Assembly (NCBI GenBank): GCA_043228905.1
Contig: JBHGNT010000004.1
Coordinates: 186,001-250,000, forward strand
Reading direction: 5' to 3'
Length of the DNA stretch: 64,000 nt
Origin: Azolla caroliniana
Taxonomy: Eukaryota > Plantae > Polypodiophyta
Part shown: positions 12,181 through 25,506 of the stretch, piece by piece
Layout of the letters: each line of letters begins with the position of its first letter
How positions within the stretch are numbered: position 1 is the stretch's first letter
The notes under the pieces: model-generated
Told to the model about the DNA's origin: nothing
Database searches by the model: none
The model's input: only the letters and a program-made list of their open reading frames with translations
Translations under genes and position numbers: made by a program

Positions 12181-14138
12181 TCATGTACACGCTAAAAAAG
12201 ATGCATGTAAGGACATACGTGTGAACTCAAAGCAACTATATAAATAATGACCTTAACTTGGGACGGACACAAGAGCTCCCATTTTTCTAGTCATGTTACT
12301 ATATGATGTTTCAAGAATGTCGTATGTAATGTGTTTTTGATTATTTGGAAAACATCTTTAAATCATGAAAGTAAATATTCCACTAAACTAAAATTGCAAC
12401 GAATATAATATCATTAGTTTATTGTAGTAGAGAGTATTTCTTATAGTAGTGACCAAATGCACAACGTTTTGTACTTTAGAACACTTATGTAATGTTTATA
12501 TTATTTGCACTTAATGTAATGTTTCTATTATTTGAATAATCTAGGAGTAGGGATGTTAATAAAGTGTCCCAACAAAACTTTCCATGCATGAATGGAGGAA
12601 GCATCAATATATTGCAACAAGTCTTGAACCCATATTTTAGGCCGTTTGAATAGATGTAAAAACCCCTTATGGTGGAAGGACTTTTGCCATAATGATAGGT
12701 GAGTATTTTGCACTCCTCTTCCCTCACTACTCTCGACTCTTAATCTCTTTTTATCATTGAACCATTTAAACATTAATGAAGTACAACTAACCTACCTGAA
12801 GTCACACTTAGCAATTAAATACATTCATCACACGCTTCACTTTTTTTTTTCTTGAGTCTTTATATGTACGTTTGCAAGGATGCAATATCGGGCATGGGAA
12901 AACTATAGCTTCCAAATAGCTATTTGGTATCCATAACAATGGGAGAGGACTCTCCTTCGCCAATTGATATTATAAAGAGCCATCTCTATTTGTTTGGATG
13001 CTCAAGAGTCGACACATTGACAAGCAATCTAAAAGTTTACATTAATATGAGGTAACGTTTTTCTCCATGAAATGATTGGTTGTCTTTACCAATCCATTTC
13101 TGGATTCTTGTTTATTATTATCTTGTGGAATTCTTCATATATAGGAAAAAGTCTCCCACTTATATGATCCATTTCTATTATTCAACTATTGACTTTGTTT
13201 TCTTCCCTCCTCTCCTTCAAAGTCATTGTGTCATCTTTTGGTATAACTATGGTATGGTGGTTGAATTACTATGGTGAGACATTAAAGCAAGAGGAACCCA
13301 AATTGATGAGTTTCATTCAATGGACACTTTTAAGTGAAATTTCAGACTGTACATGCCAAGTATCAACTATAAATCCAGAAAATGCGACCTAAGGTCTCAC
13401 TATTCATTTAACATTTAATTTGCTAATAGACATTAATTTAAACTCATCATCATCCAATTGCTAATCAGTTGGTGAGAAAAAACCTTCAATACCATGTTGC
13501 CAACCGAGAAAGATATTTGTGTAATCAAATAGTTGTAGTGTTGCAGACCCATTGTGTATTATAAATAAGATAGCGAGGCAACACCGAGGTGCCCATACAA
13601 GACATCATATAAATAAGATACAAACTTCCAAGAACGAATCTTTAGACAATGTGTTATTAGTGACAGAACGAATAATTGACACCTTCAATATACAACCGAA
13701 GAAGTAGGTATGGACAAAATGTGCAATGCTCATTGAACATTTGGACTTGAACAATACATCTCCACGAGATAAAACTTTTGGAGTTAAAACACACTCTTAT
13801 AAATTATTATAGTAGGTAGAGAGGGTCCGCTGAAACGTAGTGAAATAAAGAAAGAAATAAATACTCAGCTTTTGAGCTTTGACCAGCCAGGCAATTTGGT
13901 GATGGGAGGACCGAAATGGGCGTTCACACTAGGATGGCCGCCCGGGCAGAGAAATCACAATTTCGGCCACCATGTCGCAGACATTGGTGCCCATTCGGCG
14001 CGGGCAGGAATTACGGGAAAAACTGAATTAAAAAAATAAATAGGGAGGCGGTTGGGCAGGGGATCGACTCAAAGAGAAAAGCAAATGGGATCCGGTCAGA
14101 AGTATGACAAAGCGTTGGCGCGGACATCTTGGCTAAAC

Positions 14139-14148
14139 GACACGTGGC
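14139..14148 (+). promoter_or_regulatory. ABRE/G-box GACACGTGGC
   Basis: Exact consensus inside a GC-rich patch ~300 bp upstream of the LRR-RLK start codon. Confidence 0.45.
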
Positions 14149-14440
14149 AGTCGGGAGGGAAGGAGAGGAGCGGCCGTACTGCCGGACATCCACCTGGCAA
14201 GTAGTGACCCGGTCAGGCCGAAGATCCGAGCAAGTGTGAAAGCAACAGGGGGTTTGGACGGACAAGTGTGAAAGGGAATGGAGGCTATGGAGAAAAACCA
14301 GACACCTCGCTCAGAGCTCTCTCAGCCTGCTACAATCAGAACAAAAAACATCATGAAATCTGCAGAGTAGAGGAAGAAGAAGAAGAAGAAGAAGAAGAAG
14401 AGACAGATCGGACCTGATTCAGCCCAGGAACAAGTTAGAA

Positions 14441-16684
14441 ATGAGGGATATTTCTTCACTTCTTGTTCTTCATCACCATCATCATCATCATCATAATCAT
14501 CATCATCATCTTCTTCTTCTTCTATTCTGTATCTGCTTCTTCCCTAGTGTTAATTCGGATCTGATTGAGGCGGAGACAGCAGCTCTTCTCGCCCTAAAAG
14601 AATCATGGCAAGACCCTGATCAGGAACTCTCCACATGGATTCTCCCTAACTCTAACACCTCCTCTCCTTGCCTATCTTGGAGGGGAGTCATATGCAATAG
14701 CTTAAACAACTCTGTAATTGGCCTGGCCTTATCAAAGCTAACCTTAAATGGGACCCTTTCCCCTGCACTAGGCAACCTCGCCTCTCTCGAAACCCTAAAC
14801 CTCGCTAGCACGAAGCTTTACGGGCCGCTTCCGGTGGAAATGTCCGCTCTCTCCCACCTCAAGAGTCTGGACCTCCGCTCCAATCAATTCTCAGGAACCC
14901 TCCCAAACTCCATATTCACACCCAATTCAACCATAAGACAATTGCTACTCGACAACAATAAGCTAGGGGGCGACATCCCATCTAGCATTGGCAACATGAT
15001 TCACCTCACGTATTTCTCAGCTACAAACAATGATCTCGAGGGGCCGATCCCTGATAACATAACTGGTCTACGCAAGCTATCGGCGATCTATCTTGGATTT
15101 AATAGGCTCAATGGCTCTATCCCGACCAGAATCGGCGATTTGGACACCCTAGTTTACCTCGACCTTTGTAGCAATAATCTCTCCGGATCCTTGCCGCAAG
15201 AACTTGGATCTCTCTCGCTTCTCAAACGACTCAACCTCTCCGACAATCACTTGAATGGAAGCATCCCACACTCTTTGGGTAAATTGTCTGCCCTCAAAGA
15301 GCTTTCTCTGGCCAATAATAATCTCACAGGTGAGGTTCCTACTGTGGGCGTATTGGCAAACTTTTCCAGTGCTGCTTTCCTTGGCAATCCAGGTCTATGT
15401 GGGGGTCCCCTGAACAATAAGTGCCCTTCGGAACCGCCACAGCCACCATCGCCTCCTCTGGTTCCCCCACCATCCCCTTCTCTGGTTCCCGAATCGGGTC
15501 CAGATGGTGCTCGTAACAGTTCTGAGACCCCTACTTTGGTTCCAGAACCAGGTTTGAATGGTGCTCGTAAAGCGAAGATCATCGCATCTTCAGTCGGGGC
15601 TGCCGGCCTTTGTATCATCACAGTTATCCTCATCTTGTTCATGCTTCAGCGGAGAAGAAGAAGGAGAGAGAATCTCCGGATCCAAACCGAAATTAGCCCT
15701 GATTTCTATCCCTCGGCATTGGCCTCGGACAATGGAAATCCACCCAAGCTGGAGATGTTTGTGAAGGCATTTAAGTACAACTATGAGGAGGTGGTGTCAC
15801 ATGCAGGCTACTACGACACTGCTCATGTTGTGGGGAAAGGAAGGTTTGCCACCGTGTTTCGGTCGGACTTGCCTAATGGTGTAACCCTAGCAGTGAAAGT
15901 GTTCAAGCGCCCTATTCCTCAACAGGCTTTTGAAAAAGAGATTGTTGGGCTAGAGACAGTGGCTGGCCAGTTTTACACCTTGCTGCCAATCCAAGGCTTC
16001 TATGCTAACACTACTGAGAAAGTCATCTTCTACAAATTCATGTCCAGAGGGACTCTGTACAATGTCCTTCATGGAAACCCGGAGGAGGCTTTCACACTCT
16101 TGGATTGGACCAAGAGGCTCCACATTGCCATTGGGATTGCCCAGGCCATTGTTCACCTCCATAGAGGCTCCAGCATTAGGATCTTGCATAAGGATTTGAA
16201 GTCTAGTAATGTGCTGTTAGATGACAAATTCCTCCCTTTGGTGGCCGATTATGGTCTCATCGGATTGGTCTCCGAGGGGCCCTGGGTTGAAACTCCAGGA
16301 TATTCCGCCCCTGAGCTTAGAGCAAGCAAAAAGTACACTGAGAAGACCGATGTTTATAGCTTTGGCGTGGTCTTGCTTGAGCTCCTCACCGGGAAGAAGC
16401 CGGTTTCTTACATTGGTAATAGGGAGCTCAACTTAATGACCTGGGTCACTAGGCTTTGGAAAGATGGTAGAGGCAATGAAGTGTTGGGTTCACACCTTGT
16501 GGAGAGTTGTTCGTTTCCGGACTACCCCGAAAGGGCCCTCAATTTAGCTGTCTTGTGCTTGAGTGAACACCCAGCCCAACGGCCGAGCATGTCGGAAATT
16601 GCAAGCATCTTAGAAGGGCTCACGGATGCCAACTCCCCAATGCGGAGCCCTTGTCTCCGGCCCGAACGACCCCTTCTACTATGA
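14441..16684 (+). CDS. Leucine-rich repeat receptor-like kinase, intronless, 747 aa
   Basis: Signal peptide, LRRNT (PCLSWRGVIC), ~9 plant LRRs (LxxLxLxxNxLxGxIP), GNPGLCG cap, Pro-rich linker, TM helix plus RRRRRR. Kinase motifs GKGRFATV, LAVK, HKDLKSSN, DYG, GYSAPE and DVYSFGVVLLELLTGK. Confidence 0.95.
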   Translation: MRDISSLLVLHHHHHHHHNHHHHLLLLLFCICFFPSVNSDLIEAETAALLALKESWQDPDQELSTWILPNSNTSSPCLSWRGVICNSLNNSVIGLALSKLTLNGTLSPALGNLASLETLNLASTKLYGPLPVEMSALSHLKSLDLRSNQFSGTLPNSIFTPNSTIRQLLLDNNKLGGDIPSSIGNMIHLTYFSATNNDLEGPIPDNITGLRKLSAIYLGFNRLNGSIPTRIGDLDTLVYLDLCSNNLSGSLPQELGSLSLLKRLNLSDNHLNGSIPHSLGKLSALKELSLANNNLTGEVPTVGVLANFSSAAFLGNPGLCGGPLNNKCPSEPPQPPSPPLVPPPSPSLVPESGPDGARNSSETPTLVPEPGLNGARKAKIIASSVGAAGLCIITVILILFMLQRRRRRRENLRIQTEISPDFYPSALASDNGNPPKLEMFVKAFKYNYEEVVSHAGYYDTAHVVGKGRFATVFRSDLPNGVTLAVKVFKRPIPQQAFEKEIVGLETVAGQFYTLLPIQGFYANTTEKVIFYKFMSRGTLYNVLHGNPEEAFTLLDWTKRLHIAIGIAQAIVHLHRGSSIRILHKDLKSSNVLLDDKFLPLVADYGLIGLVSEGPWVETPGYSAPELRASKKYTEKTDVYSFGVVLLELLTGKKPVSYIGNRELNLMTWVTRLWKDGRGNEVLGSHLVESCSFPDYPERALNLAVLCLSEHPAQRPSMSEIASILEGLTDANSPMRSPCLRPERPLLL

Positions 16685-19600
16685 ACATATACCTACTTGC
16701 TCGTTGGATGGTGTTTGTGCTTGTGCCACGGACTGATTAGACAAGGTAGTTTTCATTGTAACACGTTTCTTATAGTTGTTGGGCAACATACACGTCTTCA
16801 CTGCACAAGCATTGGCATTTGGCCGCCAAACGAGGCCATTTTTAGCTTTTGGAAGTTTTCCTTGGGGTGTGTGAATATGCGTTGAACCTATCGTGTACAT
16901 TTGTGAGGGAAGCCCTCCCAAGGGTTAGGCATGTGTTTTACGGAAGAAAAGAAGCAAATCATGCCGCACATTATTCTTTTGTTACCCATTTATTCGTCGG
17001 GGGTCAAATATAATAGACTCGTCAAGAGCGAAATTAATTATTGATTTTGTATAGAGATGATGTATTGTTGGCTAATGAATGTAGATTTGTATTGAGTGTA
17101 TATATACACTTTTAAGTTTCAAATGAGTAGGTTTGTTGCTATTGCTGAACACTGAAAGGCAACAACCATATGTAATGTTCCATGACATTTTTTACTCGTG
17201 GATCATGGCTTGATGAAACCTATCCCTACACATATTACATCGATTAGCTTCAATTAGATTCATGGCCTTCAATATAGATTCAATTAGAACTAGATTCAGG
17301 AGGATTTGTTAATGAAACTCTAAAAGCCCAAGCATATGAATCACATACTTTCTCTCCGTTGCAAATTGCAACAATAAGCTCATGTTCTTCATATCACAAG
17401 CAATGGATAGGATTCATATTTTCCCTTACTATAGGATTGATGAATATGCAATGTGGAAAGAGAATGTAATTGTCTCATTCATGTGTTTATTATTTCATTG
17501 TTCGGTTCATCGTATTTCCTCCTTTTTATTTTAATATTTAAATTGAGTTCATGAGTTGCTCATGCTCTTGATAAACAATTTGGGGGATTCCTAAATTTGG
17601 AGCTACTGCTCATATCCAAGATATTATAGTGTTATTTTATTTGCAGATTTTATGCTAGGATTATTGTTGTCACTGTAATTGTATTTGAAGGATCTATCTA
17701 TAGATTGTTGGGTTAACATGGTTGGTGAATGTGATTGCATTGCACAAAAAGTTGCACTATGGGGAATTCAATCAGTTGCCAGAACTTAGCCCATTCAATA
17801 ATTCACTAGTGTGGATGCCTAGTGGCTACTTGGAAAAACATTGAACTTTATTGGGTTGTTAAGTTTGAATCCTATGTGAACAGTTTACCCCTTCTTTCCT
17901 TGCCAAGTTGACGTATTTAATCTAGCCTTAACATCCCAAACATTTCTAATAACTTGGATAGAGAGATATTTGGACCAGGTTTTCTTATGACCTACACATG
18001 TGTGCAACTTTCAGATCAGGCCTAGTTTGGATATTTATTTTGCACTAAACCTTACCATGGCCCCAATTTCAAGTTCTTTGACCATTTTGCTCTTTTTTCT
18101 TGTTATTTCCTCTTATATATTTAATGAGGATTCACTTTTAAGTCCTTAAATTGATTCAAACTCATAAAATTTGGAGCAAATGTTTGAACCCGAGAGCTTA
18201 TCATGTCATGGTCTTATTGAATCTAGGCATAATAAATAAACCATATCTCTTTATCAATGGATATTACCAACCTAGGCCTAGTAGTTTTAAACATATCAAG
18301 ACTCACCAGAAAGTAACGATTAATGCCTTCTACAGAGGATATTTGCGTAACTTGTGTGCGATTATAGTCATTTTCACTTTAGTTATCGTACATTTTCTAT
18401 TATAATCATCGTTGTTTCTATCATGTGTAAACAAAAGAAGGAATTGTCTAACACGATTTGTAGCTCTTTCTTCGATAGCATTCCCTCGTGTCATTTGAAT
18501 GGCTATATGATCAGTAGTATACTATTGTTGGAAGTTGAGGTCATTCAAACCTAATCCCTATTATGTCATGTTCTCATGAATAAACTGCATATTTTCTGAG
18601 AGCTCCATCATTTTGACATCAATGGTGTAACAAAAGGACAATTAATTTCTCATATGAAGAGGCTTCACATGATTGTTCCAACCAAGTATAAACAAATGAA
18701 TGTGAATGTATTGGCATGACATTATGCTTGCACGTAAGGGCTCGACTTTTAAGTTCATGTAATTTTGCCATTTACTTTCACGGTATTACTTTCTCATATG
18801 AAGATGCTTCACATGGTTGTTAAACAAAGCATAAACATGTCATCATGCTTCCACATAAGTGCTACAATTGACGTTGATGTTCTTTTGTGATTTACTTTTA
18901 TTGCATTGCTTCCTTTTAATGTAATGATAATTAACTTGAGATATCATGTCATTTCCAATATTTGACTTTGGTCCTTACTTTTTGAGTGAGTGCTTAAACC
19001 CAAAAACTTATTATGTCATGAATCTATGGAAACTACACAAATTTGCATATTTGGCTTTGCTTAAGTATGTACATAAGGAGAGAGCATTTTTTAGTATGCT
19101 AGTTCTTTCAACTAATCAACAATCAAAAGAATGTGAGTGTTATTGATATCATCATGCTTTCATGCATGGAACAAGAAAATGGGATGAAATCCACCTATTA
19201 TGGTATTCACTGATCACACACAAAAACGGTGGTCAAGGGAAGATTGAGGCTTCTTCAACACGACAAATTTTCTTCCTATTTTGATGAAAGCAAGCATGTT
19301 TTGTCCTATCATAAATGAAATTTGATATGCAAGGAACACATATAGGTGCTAACAAATGGTTGTTAGAATTTGAAGTCCGATGGCCTAAAAAAAACCATCA
19401 AATTTAAGGGGATGTCGGTGTATTTAAGAGAACATGCGTTGTATATCGTCACACATGGTATTGCATAAACTTTAAAGATCATAGGTGCTAAGGACTCTCA
19501 AGTCTTTGGAATGTGCTTCATTATTAAGAGAACATTATACAAGTAATTAAGGCATCATATTATCAGAAGATGTCAAGGGGGAGGTAGCAAGAGAGAATAC

Positions 19601-21250
19601 TAGCCATGTAGATATATCAATTTACATTGAATTTGCATTGTTGTTGTTGTTTATCCATGTGGGGAAAACACCCCATGGTTAGCAATTTAGTTATATTCCA
19701 TCTTAGAAAACGTGCACAACCTAAATTATCAACATTTTCTCATGACGATTATGCATCATTTCCACTTTTTAAGCTATTGTGATTTATTACCACAATAGGT
19801 TTGATATCATAATTACTTTGGAGTTAACTTCATTACCTTCTCACACACTCAAGACTTTCATTGATTGTCTATTTTATATCACCTTTTATCCATGATGAGC
19901 AATCCTTCGTTATAATATGTAAAGATGTTTGGGGAGAGGGAGGGAGGCATAAGAATAAATAAGACGTGTTTCCTTAACCAACCCCAAGGTTTTGTATTAT
20001 CATCATGTTTATTAGAAAAAGAGTTAAAGAGAGACAATGGCTAACCTGAGTTGGTGGTATTCTTAGGCCTCGACCTAACCATTTGCGACAACCAGAGGTG
20101 ACATTTACCAACATAAATTATTATTTGAATTTCTCTTCCAAAATATGAAATGTAAGAAGTTTTTACTTTGGAAAACAGAAATCGAAGTTGTTTGCCCATT
20201 CCAACTTCCAATTATCTTCTTTCTTTTTCCTTCATTGCTTTAAGTCTTTAAAGTAAAAATATTGTGTGTTCCACCTAATTTTTATTGGTCTAGGATAGTT
20301 TGTTTTATCATTTTTGACTATCTTATCTAGATGAGGTTCAAAAGGTGTACACATTATAAGTTCTCCAAGTTATGCTCCCCATCAATTATGGATGATCAAA
20401 CTAATGGATAATGACAATGTTTGGCATATCATAACCATGAATTTAGTTTTTCACATGCAAAAATCGTCAATCTCTAGAATAGGATCTCATACTCCAAAGG
20501 AGGCGTTCACACATGAAATGAGATCCTCGTTCAATAAATAGAAGGCAATTAGAAACATTCAAAGAATACTAAGGATGAAGGTGTCTACAATGGACTATAT
20601 AAATTATCTTAACAAAAGTTTCATATGGGTGGTAGTGCAACGTAGAGAAGGGTTTCAACTGCTTACATACACTAACAAGCACTATCCTACATCGCAAACA
20701 ATATAAATAATGTTTAAGAGAGAACAATTTCTTTAGCTCTTGTTGACTCGTAGATTTCACCAAGCCATAACTTTTACAAACCCTCTGGGTTGACACTACA
20801 TAAACTTTCCACAACCATGGTTCTAATTACAATATTTACGCATACCGTTTTTGTTGAGTCTTAACGTCACGTATAAGCTAATAATAATGCAGCCACTTAA
20901 TATCACGTTGAAGGGAACGATGGTGTATACCAAATAGTACCTTGTCTCATTTGTCTTGCATCAGTAAATCACATATTCTATCAAATATGATAATTCTTTC
21001 CTAGCTTGCTCAAACTATTTAGAAAGATTATTCTAACTATTGTTAGCATTTGGTATATACATTTCACATATAGTATCTTAACATGGTCCTATGACATGTT
21101 GTCATGGAGCCTTAGGTGTTGAGCTACATAAAGAAGTGTAGCCTTGTTGCAAAACCTTGAGAACTGATGACAAAGTGGGGACAAAGTAGTAATGTGTGAG
21201 TGTAAGTATTGGAACTATATTAAGGTGAAGACCAGTTATTTCCTTCATTA

Positions 21251-21861
21251 TGTTAGGAAACAGGTCCCTTCGGATGGGAAGAAAGCACGAGCCGGATCGG
21301 AGTCCGTAGAACTAGCTTCCAAGGAGATCGAGCCGGATGGAAAGGAGTCGGATCAGTTGGATCCGATGAAGAAGCGAGACTGGATACGGATCCAATCCGG
21401 ATGAAGCATCCGGAAATGGCCATATTTGTAAATAGGTTTAGTCGCGCCTATTTTGGGCCAGAATTGTAAATAGCCCTAAAGTCGTATTAGTATATATACA
21501 ACTAGGGCAAATCAATGATGATGTGATGATATATAGAGAGCTATTGTTTGTAGCTGTCTCTGTGTAACTAAGTAAGAGTAGGAGAGAGAGTGTGAGAGTT
21601 GTAACTCTCTTATAACCATCACCAGACAAAGAGGAGCTCAAGGTTGTTACCTTAGAGTCTCCTGTGTGTTTTCTTCCTATTATAGTGATATTGTTTGGAG
21701 TTTGTGGATTCCCATGGTTTTTTCCTTTTCAGGGTTTTCCACGTAAAATATTTCTGTCTTTGTAATTGAGTTATCTATCTTCTATTTTCCCTTGTCATTT
21801 CGATCTTTGCACCCGCGTACACACGTGTAGAAACCAGTTGTGGCCGGTAGTATCCTCATCA
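21251..21861 (+). mobile_element. Solo LTR (611 bp) with 5-bp target-site duplication CATTA
   Basis: Starts TG, ends CA, with CATTA at 21246-21250 and 21862-21866. Internal TATA-like tract and 'gggttttccacgtaaaa', a motif common in plant copia LTRs. Confidence 0.8.
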
Positions 21862-23652
21862 CATTACTGCATCTTGAGATGTCGTCAAGACTGTATTAGT
21901 GAGGCTAGCCTCTCTTCTTAAGTTTTCTATTCAACATCCAAGGTATAATATAAGATAATATTCAATTGTATGGGACACTAATGGTATTTTATGTTTGTCT
22001 TATGTCTTTCACTCAAGGGTGATCAATGTGGTTAAGCACTCTTAATCTAATCTTCTCCGAAATCTCTTATTAGTTTGCTCATCATCAACTCAATAAGCAA
22101 TAGTTTCTAATTTCCTTGCTAACGTAATACATTTTATCAATAAACATTGTTTGTCCTCTCACCTAATGCAAATATGTTTTCTCCCTACCAAGAATGAAAT
22201 GTTCAAATAAGAGTCATCATTATGTGATAACACTACATAGCAATGTTGTAGCAAGCTTTATCTCGTTGCAACACATCTTCTTTGATAGTCTTATTTTATA
22301 TACCTCATAAAATCAAAACTTCTAATAGTATGATATATTAAATTCCATACAAATGTACTTATAGCATTCCAATGATTGTTTTCTTATAGTTGCTAAGAGC
22401 ATGCGAGAAGCAAGAACATGTGAATTATGTGAGAGGAAAATAAAGTAGGCAGAACTTTACAATTGGAAATGTATTGTTTACCACGATATGAGGGAATAGC
22501 GGGGTAGGTTTGAACCATTGCACCAAAAGTCATACAAGTGAAGAACCAAAATTATTTGGCTTCCACTTCAGAAAACTTTATATTTGAATCTTAATCATAT
22601 CGAAGGATAGTGCAATCCACATTTTACAAGGGCCTCACAAATCCACATGATGACCTAAAGCAATTTCAATGGAGAGAACATGAAGTTCAAAACCATCCAA
22701 GTTCCTTTTCGAGGAACACAATAAACTGTAGTTAATTTTACTCTAGGTACTCATGTAAAATCATAAACTCATCAAATTAATATTCTTGTTATATTAAATT
22801 GGACATTGTTCTCATATAAGTTAGTTGGTTCTTTATGGTTTGAGCAAACACATTTTGTTATTGGGACCAAGTAAAATGGGAGCAGATATTGAAGGCGTTG
22901 CATGACAAGGACTGGGTTGGACATCGTATCATGTGTCCTTTAAAACAACTAGGGCTTGGGAAGGACTCCCACAGTGAGTGGAATTTCTTCATTAGTATAT
23001 CTAAAATTAACGTATCCCCAGCGATCTCACTCATAATGTCATTCATAACTGCGCCAAAAAGGACCACAAATTGCATCTCCTTTGATGAGAGCTGGTACGA
23101 TGCTTTGATTGTTTCCTAGCATTATGGTTAAGATATCACACACATTCGTAGAACCAAAATATAACAAGATTATGGGTCGAGCGATGATTTCCAGCTTATA
23201 TCATCATGCTTTTGTAAAGTGTCATCCGACTAGACACCAATCCACCGATGATGATCATATTGCGAGGCTTTAGATGATAATGCAAAGACTAAATATATGT
23301 GTAGGTGGCTCCAGAGCTTACACTTTGTGGTCCTACATGATAGATATACATCCTTAGTACGATTAACCAACCCCATATAGCCACACTTTGCAGCTGAAGA
23401 CATGCATGGGATGTGGCACGAGCTTGCAAACCAAAACTGTCCAGACTGCAGTAAGTATAAAGAGACACACAGATGATGGTACTTCAGAACCACAACCACT
23501 TTCCAAAGCTTCCTTGAGGATTTAAAAGTGGGCTGTTTTCATATATTGCTATCATTAGTACATCAGTTAAATAAGCTTACACAAATATATACATATACAC
23601 ACATATGTATATATATATATGTATGTATGTATGTATATAGATGTGTATGTAC

Positions 23653-25506
23653 TCATGCCACTTTAAGGGCGCGTAATCTTGGACGGTTCTCCGGACTCTG
23701 AGCTTCAAAGCCATCGGCACTAGAGAATTTCCGCTTATTGCCTTGACCTACACTAGGTTGCTCGAGCATATCGTGCTTTTCCTTTTGCATTTGTATTTGC
23801 TTTTGCTTTCCCGCACTCACGCTCGCTTTGAGTCGCCGCACATCGGCTAAGCGTATCGGCTTCAACAAGAACTCTTCAGCTCCATCTTTCAAGCATCTAA
23901 ACATAGAACCAAGACATGGTATTACGTGAAAGGAGCAAAGACATTGATCTACAGAAGAAGTCACAAACACGTGAAAAGCTGTAAACCAATATCGAAGATT
24001 TAAAGAAATTGATCAAATACTACTACAAAGTGGATGTCGACATATAAGTGAGGGCATCTGCAATGACTATATAATATCATTGTCAACAAATATCGCACCT
24101 TTCGATCCGGTCTGGTACATTCTCTGATGACATTATCACAACCGGAATGTCTCGCAAGGCATTTCTTTCCTGATGAAACGATATACATCTCCATGTTATG
24201 TAATGAGCACCAAGGATGAGTAATACTCAAAATGGGTTTTTTTTATGAGTAGGATAAAAGATTTACCTTGATAAGCTTGAGGAGCTCATAACCAGACATT
24301 TCTGGCATGCAATAATCGGTTATTATCAAGTCAATCTGCAAATTACCAACAATTCTGGCTCATTACCAATATGTTATGCAAATTTCAATCAGGAAAAGAT
24401 ATATAATGGGACTAGAAATATGAACAAAAAGAAATATGGATGCGATATTGGTTATAGATAAAAATGAAGGAGGTTAGAAATCATATTCACTTACTTCGTT
24501 GTTGAGAGAGCTTAATACCTCCAGAGCTTTGCTTCCAGTATCAACAACTGTAACTACAATGCCACCATTCACAAAATGTCTCAATTAGAAATAAACAATA
24601 TGATGATGAAAGTATTTTATGATCATGACAGATTCACTGAAAGACAACAATGATGAGGAAAATGATGATAAACATAATAGGATGATGTTGGCCATGATGA
24701 TGATTATAGTCTATAGATTATGAAGACATCTAACTAGACAGGCATTACAGCCATCGATTTTCCTAAAAAGCATGATGTCCAATATTAATATCCTATCACA
24801 GATTGATCGAAACATGAGAATATTGTGGAGAATGCAGTGAGCATGCTTTATGAAGATGACAATAGTGCTGATTGTGATCATAACCCATGCCATCACCATT
24901 GATTACCCATCACTACCATTTGCTGGTTTCTTTGAACATGTTATCTCAGACTACGTGTCAAGCATCAGACCTATGATATTTTTTACAGTTCAATTCCTTG
25001 AATGCCAGAAAATGGCCTGAAGGTCAGTGTTCATTCATCATCAATGCTGAGTATTCCTTCGAAATCCATCAGATGGCATGGCATCCTCAGTGTGAGCTTG
25101 GGTCTCATGGTGAGCACAGGGTGCCTGCATTACTTAGTAGATTAAGCTGGGTCACCATGGGTAAATATGATCCTGATAAGCATGTATTACCACACAATCT
25201 AACCATAGAATAGTATATTCGCGAACATCCAAACCAGTCTAAATGTTTTCACAACCAGAATTATCGTGATATGTTTATTAGGATAACAAATTTGTGGAGC
25301 ATACCTTTGCATGAATTAGTGCTCTTCAGTAATCTTTCAACAATCTTTCTGTCAAGAAGACGGTCATCTACAGCAAGGACATGGATTTGATTCTCTGCAT
25401 TATTGGCTTCAATTCCATATATATTAGGTTTAATAACGTAAGCCTCAGAGATAACATTATTGGTATTAATGTCATTGACCTTGAGCTCTTCAGCTTCCAT
25501 TGCCAT
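23653..25506 (-). CDS. Type-A response regulator (cytokinin two-component signalling), 5 coding exons: 25506-25305, 24553-24495, 24335-24267, 24169-24099, 23896-23653
   Basis: GT-AG joins give HVLAVDD...[15 protein letters not shown]...[20 protein letters not shown]...[30 protein letters not shown]. Short C-tail with KRK and no GARP domain. Start codon is uncertain. Confidence 0.93.
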
